From: Candidatus Altiarchaeota archaeon
GTDB lineage: Archaea > Altiarchaeota > Altiarchaeia > IMC4 > QMZM01
Length of the DNA stretch: 33,103 bases
Reading direction: 5' to 3'
Assembly (NCBI GenBank): GCA_016931955.1
Contig: JAFGDV010000038.1
Coordinates: 1-33,103, forward strand
Under the pieces are notes generated by a model. The model was not told the origin of the DNA and did no database searches. It worked only from the letters and a program-made list of their open reading frames with translations. Of this stretch, positions 8,717 to 17,573 are shown one piece after another; the first letter of the stretch is position 1; every line of letters starts with the position of its first letter. A program made the position numbers and the translations under genes.

Positions 8717-9778
8717 TTATGGCTTCTCCAATTTCACTCCCTTGATCTTGCCCTTGAATTTGGCATAGGTTGAATATTCGACGTACTCTTTTCTGTCCAT
8801 GTAGGCCTTTAGGGGTTTACTGTTCCTTCTTTTTTCGTTCTCCTTTGTGACTTCTATGATGAACGCATCGCTTCCAGCGCCTGAGCCGTAGGATACAGCC
8901 AGTACCCTATCCCCTGAGACTGCATCGTCTAGTATCCTTGCCAGCCCCAGCATGGTTGAACCAGAGTACGTGTTTCCAATATATGGAGTCAATAGACCCG
9001 TCTCCAGCCTCTTCTTTTCTATCCCCAGTATCTCCGCCGCCTTTAAAGGGAATTTCCCGTTGGGTTGGTGGAATACCGCGTAGTCGAAATCCTCTGGTTT
9101 TAGATTGTTCCTTTTCATTATCTCCTTCGCCGCCTCTATAACGTGCTTGAAGTATGCCGGCTGTCCTGTGAACCTTGCGCCATGGGATGGGAACTCCTGT
9201 CCTTCCCTCCTCCAGAAATCAGGGGTGTCGGTGGTATATGAATAGGTGTCTAGGATCCTGGCTATGAGGTTGTCTTTCCCTATTATGTACGCTGCACCGC
9301 CTGCAGAGGCTGTGTACTCCAACGCGTCCCCGGGCTTCCCCTGTGATGTGTCCGCTCCAACAGCCATCCCATACTTGATCATCCCAGACTTCACGAGGCC
9401 CATGGTCGTCTGTATTGCTGCTGTTCCCGCCTTGCATGCGAACTCGTAGTCGGCAGCAGTCATGTCCGGTACCGCGTCGATTGCGGCCGCAACTATCGTG
9501 GAAGTCGGTTTCACGACGTATGGATGGGATTCTGAGCCAACATAGATCGAACCAATCTCCTTTGGATTTATCCGGGCGTGTTGTACGGCGTTTCTGGCTG
9601 ATTCTACTGCGATGGTTGCTGTGTCCTCGTCCAGTGCGGGGACTGTTTTCTCGTATATGAGGAGGGAATTCTTTATGCTTCCTGCGTCATCACCCCAGAC
9701 CTTAGCGATTTCTTCCGTCTTTATCCTATATCTTGGTATGTATACTCCGTAGCCTACTATTCCGACATCCATTTTCAT
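8717..9778 (-). CDS. hmgS: Hydroxymethylglutaryl-CoA synthase (archaeal type)
   Basis: [38 protein letters not shown]. Confidence 0.95.
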   Translation of the reverse strand: MKMDVGIVGYGVYIPRYRIKTEEIAKVWGDDAGSIKNSLLIYEKTVPALDEDTATIAVESARNAVQHARINPKEIGSIYVGSESHPYVVKPTSTIVAAAIDAVPDMTAADYEFACKAGTAAIQTTMGLVKSGMIKYGMAVGADTSQGKPGDALEYTASAGGAAYIIGKDNLIARILDTYSYTTDTPDFWRREGQEFPSHGARFTGQPAYFKHVIEAAKEIMKRNNLKPEDFDYAVFHQPNGKFPLKAAEILGIEKKRLETGLLTPYIGNTYSGSTMLGLARILDDAVSGDRVLAVSYGSGAGSDAFIIEVTKENEKRRNSKPLKAYMDRKEYVEYSTYAKFKGKIKGVKLEKP

Positions 9779-10480
9779 CTAGCTGACACACCCCCTCAGG
9801 TTTTTCACTAGCTCGTCTTCTGAGCGTATCTTTGATACTATTAGTGGAATCTTCTCCAGTGTCGCTATCTTGACTGCCAGTTTGTCCACCTTCTTGGGCG
9901 AGAGCCCGTGGAGGACTATCATCTTCGGCTTCGGGTGTGTTACCTTCACCGCTATCAGAGGTGATCTGCCGAAGTGGACCTTGGTGAATATTAATGCTCG
10001 ATCTTCGCTGGCGCCGTAGATTCCCAGAAAGTCCTTCTCTGAGAGTTCGAGTATGGCTTTTATCGAGTCAATTACTGTGTAACCCCAGATATCCTCCAGC
10101 TGTGAGTCTTCCCCTGCTATGATTTCCCCTTCAACTGCCTCTATTATTTCGTCTGCTGGTATGGGAGACAGGAAGTCTCTTATGTCCAGGATAGCATCCA
10201 CCTTTAATCCTTCGGAGAACTTTTTCACCATGCCTCCGCCATTTTTCATGTCCGAGTATATGAGGGTCTCTATGAACCTCCTGATGAATATGGCGCCAGG
10301 TGATCTTCTCCTCCCTGATTCATAGTCTGATATAACGGAGGATGAGATCCTGAGATTTCTGGCGATATCGCATTGCCTTATCATGAATATTTCGCGCCAT
10401 TTTTTCATCACAACGCCAGGATTTTCTGATAAGACGATTTCTCCGGCTATGTTTCTTGTGAGTGTTTGGTTGGATGTCAT
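9779..10480 (-). CDS. XRE/HTH putative transcriptional regulator of the type often found upstream of archaeal HMG-CoA synthase
   Basis: IAGEIVLSENPG..MKKWREIF, SSVISDYESGRRRSPG, GYTVIDSIKAI, GRSPLIAVKV. Confidence 0.85.
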   Translation of the reverse strand: MTSNQTLTRNIAGEIVLSENPGVVMKKWREIFMIRQCDIARNLRISSSVISDYESGRRRSPGAIFIRRFIETLIYSDMKNGGGMVKKFSEGLKVDAILDIRDFLSPIPADEIIEAVEGEIIAGEDSQLEDIWGYTVIDSIKAILELSEKDFLGIYGASEDRALIFTKVHFGRSPLIAVKVTHPKPKMIVLHGLSPKKVDKLAVKIATLEKIPLIVSKIRSEDELVKNLRGCVS

Positions 10481-10573
10481 CTCTTTTCCTGATGTATTCC
10501 CTATACTATAACTACAGAAATTGGGTGTCTTATTATAAATAGGTTGGGGAATATAAAACGTCGATTGTCGAAG

Positions 10574-12148
10574 ATGAAAATAGTGCCAGACACGTCCGTC
10601 ATAGTCGACGGCAGGATATCAGAGATACTGGAAGAACTCGAGGATAAAGGAGTGGATATAATAATCCCAGAAGCCGTTGTATCGGAACTAGAATATCAGG
10701 CGAACCTCGGCCGTGAGACAGGCTTCGACGGCCTGCGAGAGCTGAACGCTCTAAGGAAGATGGCAGAGGAATCAAGAGAAAAGATGGCCATCTCCTTCTA
10801 TGGGGAAGCGCCCACCGCTGAAGAGATAAAGAAGGCCAGAATCGGGATGATAGACAGCCTCATAAGAAAGGCCGCCATAGAAAACAAGGCAACTCTGATA
10901 ACAAGCGATAGAATACAGGCCCTGGTGGCTGAAGCGAAAGGGATCAAGGTAGAATACATCGGGCCCAAGGTGAAGAAAATCGCCCCAAAAATATTCGACC
11001 TATTCGATTCAGAGACCATGTCAGTGCACTTGAAAGAAAACTCCCCCATGCTCGCGAAGAAGGGGCACGTGGGCAGGGTCAAATTAACAAGCATAGGAGA
11101 AAAGCTTTCAAGGGAAGAGATCGAGGAATACGCCAGGGAGATAATAGAATTCAGCTACTCGGATTCGAAAAGCCAGATAGAGTTGGAGAGAAAAGGCGCC
11201 ACTGTGGTGCAGTTGGGCGACCACAGGATCGTGATTGCGAGGCCTCCTTTCAGCGACGGCCTTGAGATAACCGCGGTAAAGCCCTTGGTGAGGACGACAT
11301 TGGATGACTACGACATCTCCAAGAAGCTCTTAGATCGGTTGGAAAAACAGGCGGAAGGCATATTTGTAGCGGGTTCCCCTGGAGCGGGTAAGACGACCTT
11401 CGTCCAAGCCCTCGCTGAATTCTACCTCAACAAAGACAAAATCGTTAAAACAATGGAGCATCCCCGAGACCTTCAGGTCCCGGATGTTGTGACACAATAC
11501 AGCCCATTGGAGGGCTCCATGGAGAATACTGCTGATATACTTGTACTTGTCAGACCTGACTACACCATCTTCGATGAGCTGAGGAAGACCAGAGACTTCG
11601 AGGTCTTCGCCGACATGCGTCTTGCCGGAATCGGTTTAGTGGGTGTTACACACGCCAACAAGGCGATAGACGCGATCCAGAGACTAGTCGGCAGGGTTGA
11701 ATTAGGGATGATCCCGCACATCGTCGACACAGTGATCTACATAGAAGCCGGTAGAATAAAGAAGGTCTATGAGCTCAGCATGGTCGTTAAAGTACCCCAC
11801 GGCATGCGGGAGGCAGATCTTGCGAGACCGGTCATAGAGGTTAGGGACTTCGAGACCACTAAGCCAGAATACGAGCTCTACTCATACGGCGAAGAAGTGG
11901 TAGTGATACCCATACAGGAGAGGGCTAAAAAAATGATAGAACAACCTGGTTTCTCTCTGACGAAAAAGCAGATCATCCTGAAGTCGAAATCACACCGTGA
12001 CGAACCGGTAAGTGTCTTCGCAGATAATGAGTTCATATGCCGTGGAAGGGCTAACGGCTCCGGTAGCATAAAGATAAAGAGGAACACCGCTCATGGGCGG
12101 ACGCTGATTGCTGCGATGGACTCCGGGAAAAAGATAACATTGAGTTAG
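10574..12148 (+). CDS. PIN-domain/PilT-type ATPase (PINA family); start 10574 preferred over TTG 10544
   Basis: N-terminal [13 protein letters not shown]...D..I...LITSD; Walker A GSPGAGKT; [11 protein letters not shown]; [15 protein letters not shown]. Confidence 0.92.
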   Translation: MKIVPDTSVIVDGRISEILEELEDKGVDIIIPEAVVSELEYQANLGRETGFDGLRELNALRKMAEESREKMAISFYGEAPTAEEIKKARIGMIDSLIRKAAIENKATLITSDRIQALVAEAKGIKVEYIGPKVKKIAPKIFDLFDSETMSVHLKENSPMLAKKGHVGRVKLTSIGEKLSREEIEEYAREIIEFSYSDSKSQIELERKGATVVQLGDHRIVIARPPFSDGLEITAVKPLVRTTLDDYDISKKLLDRLEKQAEGIFVAGSPGAGKTTFVQALAEFYLNKDKIVKTMEHPRDLQVPDVVTQYSPLEGSMENTADILVLVRPDYTIFDELRKTRDFEVFADMRLAGIGLVGVTHANKAIDAIQRLVGRVELGMIPHIVDTVIYIEAGRIKKVYELSMVVKVPHGMREADLARPVIEVRDFETTKPEYELYSYGEEVVVIPIQERAKKMIEQPGFSLTKKQIILKSKSHRDEPVSVFADNEFICRGRANGSGSIKIKRNTAHGRTLIAAMDSGKKITLS

Positions 12149-12149
12149 A

Positions 12150-13583
12150 ATGGCAGCCTGTAACCGCTATTCTGGGGAAGACGACTTTAGGTATCCTGCC
12201 CTGAAGTGCAGACTGGAATCGTTCAAGAGATTCAAGTACACTACCAGGGGCAGAGGGATCGAGGTAGAAGGCATCTTCATCTACAAGTTGGCTCTGCCGC
12301 AGAGGAATTCTAAAGTATATGTCGGCTTCATCGACTCCATGGAGGAATACAGGCTTCTTAATCTTAGGCCGCCTGAAAAGGATCTATTGAAGATTTGGTG
12401 CCACATCCCCTCTAATCTGGCAACTAGGGAGCGGCTTCTCTCGAAGCCCAACCTGAGGCTGAGGGGCAAGGTCAGTGTAGAAGGAAACAACCTGGAATCC
12501 AAGACACTAATTGTAGAAGACCTTGAATTTCTACCAGTGGAATACACCGCGGTCGGGGCTCCGGCCTTCATCGACTTGGATGATATGTTTTCTTGCATAT
12601 ATTCCAGAGGTCCTGAGTTATACGAGCACGGGCCTCTTCTCCTCCTCGCAAGCCTCGTCGGATCGGAGAGGAAATCCAGGTACTTCCCAGAAGAAAACGC
12701 GGGCTGCGGAATAAACATGGGCTCCTCTGCAGAGGATTCTCCCAGAAAGGTAAGCTCTGGTAGGATAACCTCCTCCATGAGAAAGCAGCTGTTGGATTTC
12801 ATAAGAAGGGTTAATATAGGTTCATTAGATTCCATATCCGATAAATTCAGGTGGAACCGCTTTCTATCCATCGAAGATCCACTAATACTCTCAAGGACAA
12901 TACAGACAAAGAATGAGATCGACTGGAATCTTGTATCTGACATAGACGGCATCAATAACCTAAAGAGGTCAAGATTCATCACCTCGGACATCAACCTTGT
13001 CTTTGACCCTAACATCTTTCCAAGAAAGATGAACAGGGATGATTTAAAGAATCTCAGGCAGACCATCTTGTTTGCAAAATCAACCTCTGGGATGAGTTAC
13101 TCTGCGGAAGCAGACGCCTGGATAGAGAACGGCATAGACAAGGTTGTGAGGGATCTGGCTAAACGCGTCGACTACGCTCCTTTCCTGTTCAGGTACAGGT
13201 TGGAGCCTCTCTGCGATGCTTTTCTGAGAGCCAACCACCTAGAGGACCTTCTCCTGGGGGGGAGCATTGGGATAAAAAGAAAGGACGTCAAGGACTTCTT
13301 CAGTATAGCAGAGGACGCTGCCTGCGACTTCGCAGAATACTCTCGACCCTACGTAGATGAGAGAGTATTCAGTTCCATCTTGGACAGCATGAACGACAAG
13401 CGTCTGCAGAACCTATACAGGGAGCTGCTGGTGAAGGGTGGCATGACCGAAAACGACATGAAGCTCTTCCTCGAGAAACACGCAGTTGCGGAGAAAAAAG
13501 CTGACTCCCTCGTATCCTCTCTGCTACACTCAGAACCTGTTCTGGTGGTCAAACAGGGAAGCCTTTATAGACCGGTCGGATAA
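12150..13583 (+). CDS. Hypothetical protein, probable degenerate (ATPase-dead) MCM-like paralogue
   Basis: 477-aa ORF 1 nt after the PINA stop; several segments align by eye, in order, with the neighbouring MCM (OB fold, AAA+ helices, C-terminal winged helix); no Walker A/B. Confidence 0.65.
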   Translation: MAACNRYSGEDDFRYPALKCRLESFKRFKYTTRGRGIEVEGIFIYKLALPQRNSKVYVGFIDSMEEYRLLNLRPPEKDLLKIWCHIPSNLATRERLLSKPNLRLRGKVSVEGNNLESKTLIVEDLEFLPVEYTAVGAPAFIDLDDMFSCIYSRGPELYEHGPLLLLASLVGSERKSRYFPEENAGCGINMGSSAEDSPRKVSSGRITSSMRKQLLDFIRRVNIGSLDSISDKFRWNRFLSIEDPLILSRTIQTKNEIDWNLVSDIDGINNLKRSRFITSDINLVFDPNIFPRKMNRDDLKNLRQTILFAKSTSGMSYSAEADAWIENGIDKVVRDLAKRVDYAPFLFRYRLEPLCDAFLRANHLEDLLLGGSIGIKRKDVKDFFSIAEDAACDFAEYSRPYVDERVFSSILDSMNDKRLQNLYRELLVKGGMTENDMKLFLEKHAVAEKKADSLVSSLLHSEPVLVVKQGSLYRPVG

Positions 13584-13619
13584 TTTTTTTAACAGGATAC
13601 CATATTATTAACCCACAAG

Positions 13620-15626
13620 ATGAGAGAGAAAATAGAGAGCTTTTTAAAGAAGAAGACAGATGAGATCAATGAATTGGCTGAATTCTATCCAGAGAAGAAG
13701 GCGCTCTACATAGACTACACTGACTTGGAGAGATTCGACCACGAAGTAGCTGAGGAATTGATTCAGAAGCCTGACGAAGTCATCAGCTTATTCGATGAAG
13801 TCTTATCTGGCATGAATATTCCGACCATGGAGGAAAACCCCCGCATACATGTGCGCTTCAAGAACCTGCCTAAGGAGAGAGGCTACACCCTAATGATTAG
13901 GGACGTGACTTCAAGCTACATCGGAAGGTTTATGGCTGTTGAAGGCGTCGTTAACAGGATATCGGACATACTACCCAAGGTTTCAGTCGCCAGATTCTAC
14001 TGCAACAGATGCGGTGAAGGCCATGACGAAATACAGTCGACAAGGTTCCTCACCGAGCCTGTCTTCTGCAGAAACTGCAGGAGGAAGGACTTCAGGTTCG
14101 TTCCGGACGAATCTGAGTGGACTGATGTTCAGAGACTGCAGATCCAGGAGCCTCTTGAGTTGCTGGAAGGCGGCGAAGAAGCCAGGCAGATCGAGGTCTG
14201 GGCTGAAGATGATTTAACAGGTGAGGTCACAGCAGGCGACAAGATAATAGAGACCGGCGTTATGAGGCTTCTGCCCCCTCAAAAGAGGGGTTCTGTGTAT
14301 CGGAAATTCCTTGAAGCCAACTTCCTTGAGAGCGTTGAGAAGGAATTCGCTGAGCTTGAGATCTCAAAAGAGGAGGAGAAGGAGATAAAGAAACTTTCGA
14401 AGGATCCTAGGAGCTATGAAAAGATCATCAACTCCATTGCGCCGTCCATCTACGGATACAAGGAGATCAAAGAGGCTGTGGCTTTGCAGATGTTCGGCGG
14501 CCGTTACGGTAAGAAACTGCCTGACGGAACCTCCGTAAGATCCGACATGCACATTCTCTTGATAGGTGAGCCGGGGGTTGCTAAATCAAGGCTTCTTCAA
14601 TATATTAACCAGATCGCGCCGAAGAGCATCTATGTTGCAGGCAAGGGCACTACGGGTGCTGGTCTCACTGTTACGGCTGAACGCGATGAGTTTGCTGAAG
14701 GCGCTTGGACGCTGAAGGCTGGAGCATTGATCCTCGCCGGCGGCGGTATCGCGTGCATCGACGAATTCGACAAGATGAGCACCGAGGATAGGAGCGCGAT
14801 GCACGAAGCCTTGGAGCAGCAGACCGTCTCCGTCGCTAAAGCCGGTATTGTAGCGACCTTTAAGGCTGACACTGCGGTGTTGGCGGCCGCTAACCCTAAG
14901 TTCAGCAGATTCGACCCCTATAAGCCTTTATCCGAGCAATTCGATATCCCTGCAACGTTGTTAAGCCGATTTGACCTGATCTTCCCAATCAGGGATATAC
15001 TAGACAAGGAACAGGATAAAGAGATAGCAGAGCATATCCTGAAGATCCACCGGACGGGTGAGGGTATCAAGGACCTTGAGCCTGAAATACCCACTGAGTT
15101 GTTGAGGAAGTATGTAGCCTACGCGAGGAGGAACATCCATCCAGTATTGTCTGATGACGCCGCTGAGAAGATCAAGGAATTCTATATTGAATTGCGTGCT
15201 GGAAGCAAGGAGACGGTGATGGCCACCCCCCGGCAGCTTGAGGCCCTTGTCAGGCTTTCAGAGGCCTCCGCCAAGATGAGGTTAAGTAATACTGTCACAG
15301 TAAGTGATGCGGAGAGGGCGATCGCCTTGACCGAGTTCGTGTTGAGGGAGATTGCATACGATGAGTCTCTGGGTAGGATCGATATTGACCGGATCGTTAG
15401 CGAGCACCCTAAGTCTACCCGTGACCGTATCAGGGTCGTTGAAGACATCATTAACGGCTTGATTGCTGCGTCCGCTGAGGGGATGGCTTCCTTTGACGAC
15501 ATCATCGAGGAGGCGAAGTCGAGGGGCCTTGACCGCTTTACTGCTGAAGGCATACTGTCTGAGTTGAAGAACAAGGGTGTCGTCTTTGAGCCAAGGCATG
15601 GCAGATACATGCTGACCGAGGGATGA
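13620..15626 (+). CDS. mcm: Replicative DNA helicase MCM
   Basis: CNRC/CRNC Zn finger, IAPSIYG, GEPGVAKS, ACIDEFDKM, AAANP, LLSRFDLIF, TPRQLEALVRLSEA, C-terminal winged helix; no intein. Confidence 0.98.
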   Translation: MREKIESFLKKKTDEINELAEFYPEKKALYIDYTDLERFDHEVAEELIQKPDEVISLFDEVLSGMNIPTMEENPRIHVRFKNLPKERGYTLMIRDVTSSYIGRFMAVEGVVNRISDILPKVSVARFYCNRCGEGHDEIQSTRFLTEPVFCRNCRRKDFRFVPDESEWTDVQRLQIQEPLELLEGGEEARQIEVWAEDDLTGEVTAGDKIIETGVMRLLPPQKRGSVYRKFLEANFLESVEKEFAELEISKEEEKEIKKLSKDPRSYEKIINSIAPSIYGYKEIKEAVALQMFGGRYGKKLPDGTSVRSDMHILLIGEPGVAKSRLLQYINQIAPKSIYVAGKGTTGAGLTVTAERDEFAEGAWTLKAGALILAGGGIACIDEFDKMSTEDRSAMHEALEQQTVSVAKAGIVATFKADTAVLAAANPKFSRFDPYKPLSEQFDIPATLLSRFDLIFPIRDILDKEQDKEIAEHILKIHRTGEGIKDLEPEIPTELLRKYVAYARRNIHPVLSDDAAEKIKEFYIELRAGSKETVMATPRQLEALVRLSEASAKMRLSNTVTVSDAERAIALTEFVLREIAYDESLGRIDIDRIVSEHPKSTRDRIRVVEDIINGLIAASAEGMASFDDIIEEAKSRGLDRFTAEGILSELKNKGVVFEPRHGRYMLTEG

Positions 15627-16441
15627 AATTGAAGTACCTGAAACCCCTCCTCTTGTTGATTGTAATCTACCTACTAGTGCAGGGTCTTGGTTTATGGATT
15701 GCCGCTGGTGGCTTATGGGTTAAGGAGGGGGTTGTGGAGCAGATTCAGGATAACCCCGAGCTCGGCGTCGTCGAGAACCCTGAAAGCCTTGAATCCTCTG
15801 GCCAGATCTTTCTCTACATCTTGGTTGCTACTGCCTTTCTTCTGTTGTTCATCAGATTCAAGCTGGACTTCATTATCAAGGTCTTTATCAATATCGCGAT
15901 CTTAGGCGGCCTTCTTTTGACGTTAGTGAATCTCTTCGATTTTCTTGGCTTCTTTGCCGCTGTTTTCTTGTTTGTTTTGAGGCTGTGGAAGAGGGAGGAT
16001 ATCTTTGTGATGAATGTTGTCATTATCTTCACTATCCCTGGGATCGGAAGCTGGCTTGGCGCCTCCTTGGATGTTTTCCCAGCTCTTCTGTTGCTTCTGG
16101 TTCTAGCAGCATACGACGTCGTCGCAGTCTTCGGCACGAAGCATATGGTTACCTTGGCTGAGAGTGCGAAGGAGAATATGCCCTTGATGGTCGCCATCCC
16201 GGTGGAGGACCGCCACCTCGGTTTGGGCACAGGCGACCTCGTGATGCCCCTCGTCTTCTCCACATCCATGCTGAGACAGTACCCCCTCACTTCCTCTGTT
16301 ATAACGGTCTTGGGCGGCCTCCTCGGGTTAATAGCGCTGTTCTATTACACAACGAAGAGAAAAGACGTCGTATTACCCGCACTGCCACCGATCACAGCCG
16401 GCTTATTGCTTGGATTCGCTTTGAGCTTCCTTATCTTGTAG
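15623..16441 (+). CDS. Presenilin/SPP-family intramembrane aspartyl protease (PSH)
   Basis: Multiple TM helices; YD (AYDVVAV..TKHMV), GLGTGD and PAL (LPALPP) motifs. Confidence 0.92.
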   Translation: MKLKYLKPLLLLIVIYLLVQGLGLWIAAGGLWVKEGVVEQIQDNPELGVVENPESLESSGQIFLYILVATAFLLLFIRFKLDFIIKVFINIAILGGLLLTLVNLFDFLGFFAAVFLFVLRLWKREDIFVMNVVIIFTIPGIGSWLGASLDVFPALLLLLVLAAYDVVAVFGTKHMVTLAESAKENMPLMVAIPVEDRHLGLGTGDLVMPLVFSTSMLRQYPLTSSVITVLGGLLGLIALFYYTTKRKDVVLPALPPITAGLLLGFALSFLIL

Positions 16442-16859
16442 CCTTGACTTCCAGTATCCCTGGATGTGTGTTTGTGTTGTTGTATCTCAGCGCTGTTGGA
16501 AGTCTTGCTGTTTTCCCTTCCACTGGTGGGCCGCATGTGCATAGTGTCTTGTTTTCTCTGAGGTCTTTCACTGAGATGGAGAGGTTGAGTTCTGGGATAG
16601 AGGGGCACTGGCTGCAGGTCTTCTCTGTATCCAGCAGCCTTGCGTGGGTTACATTATATGAATCCGTGTAAGCCCACTCAGTGGATAGGAAATCCGCTAA
16701 CATCCAAGTCCTGCGGTAGACGTCGGATTCCGCGTTTCCTGTAACATGAACACTGAATAATGTGTTGATGAATACGAAGAATCCTGCTAAGGCCAATACT
16801 ATTACGAGGAGCGAGATCAAGTCTTCTCCGATGAAACCCATCTGAGCCCTGGAATTCAT
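16431..16859 (-). CDS. Pilin-like protein with class III signal peptide
   Basis: MNSRA|QMGFIGEDLISLLVIVLAL followed by a hydrophobic helix; Cys pairs in the C-terminal domain. Confidence 0.65.
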   Translation of the reverse strand: MNSRAQMGFIGEDLISLLVIVLALAGFFVFINTLFSVHVTGNAESDVYRRTWMLADFLSTEWAYTDSYNVTHARLLDTEKTCSQCPSIPELNLSISVKDLRENKTLCTCGPPVEGKTARLPTALRYNNTNTHPGILEVKATR

Positions 16860-17314
16860 GGGTCCAAGACCTCCAATAGGAACTCTTTTCCCTCGTTTGA
16901 TGGATCCTCTCTGGTCCAGTAGACGAGTGTGAGAAGGTATCTTCCCTCCCCTGTCAGGTTCACTGTGCCCCTGTATCTTAGGCTCACATCTAGGGGATAC
17001 TCCTCCGTGCTGGAATTATGTTTCAAGACCCTAACGCTTTCGTTGTTGAAGGCTATGCTGTAACTCTCTGGGATGGTGAGTGGGACCTGCTGCACTGAGC
17101 CTATGTCTCCCATGGAATGCACTGAGTTGATTGCTGTGAGAATCTTTGCCGTTTCCGCTTTAGCCCTGCCTAGGTCCATGGAGTCCTGCCATCTATTGTA
17201 GGCGGGGTAAACGATTAATGCAGTCAGTAGTAGGACGATGGAGGATAATATAAGGTAAAAGGGAAAAGATTCTATTCCTTTCCCAGTAAGCCTCCTTGGG
17301 TTGGGCACTTTCAT
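16856..17314 (-). CDS. Pilin-like protein with class III signal peptide
   Basis: ...TGKG|IESFPFYLILSSIVLLLTALIV; ATGA-coupled to both neighbours. Confidence 0.7.
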   Translation of the reverse strand: MKVPNPRRLTGKGIESFPFYLILSSIVLLLTALIVYPAYNRWQDSMDLGRAKAETAKILTAINSVHSMGDIGSVQQVPLTIPESYSIAFNNESVRVLKHNSSTEEYPLDVSLRYRGTVNLTGEGRYLLTLVYWTREDPSNEGKEFLLEVLDP

Positions 17315-17496
17315 GAAAGGCTTGCGTTCATGGTATTGTTTGCGTGCTCTATTGCTGTGTCGACCATGCTGCCTGCCTTGCCCATGATGCCGCTCATCAC
17401 CGCGACAAGCATCACCAGTATCACTGCAGCCAGGATAAAGACTAGGACCCTGGTCTCTATCCCCCTCTCATCCTGTAGGAATTCCTTTATTTTCAT
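17311..17496 (-). CDS. Small (Flp-like) pilin with class III signal peptide
   Basis: MKIKEFLQDERG|IETRVLVFILAAVILVMLVAVM; 61 aa. Confidence 0.75.
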   Translation of the reverse strand: MKIKEFLQDERGIETRVLVFILAAVILVMLVAVMSGIMGKAGSMVDTAIEHANNTMNASLS

Positions 17497-17567
17497 TTTT
17501 TATTAATATGTAATCGAATATATATAAATAATTCTAAAGTATGATATAAAAGTCTACTAAAATTTGA
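17497..17567. promoter_or_regulatory. AT-rich divergent promoter region between pilins and assembly genes
   Basis: Very AT-rich 71-bp spacer containing TATATAAATA and TATAAAA. Confidence 0.5.
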
Positions 17568-17573
17568 GTGAAC

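Noticed and set aside
12281-13066. 261-aa minus-strand ORF as the real gene of this interval
   Set aside because: Antisense to the longer 477-aa ORF, which fits the operon and shows MCM-like segments
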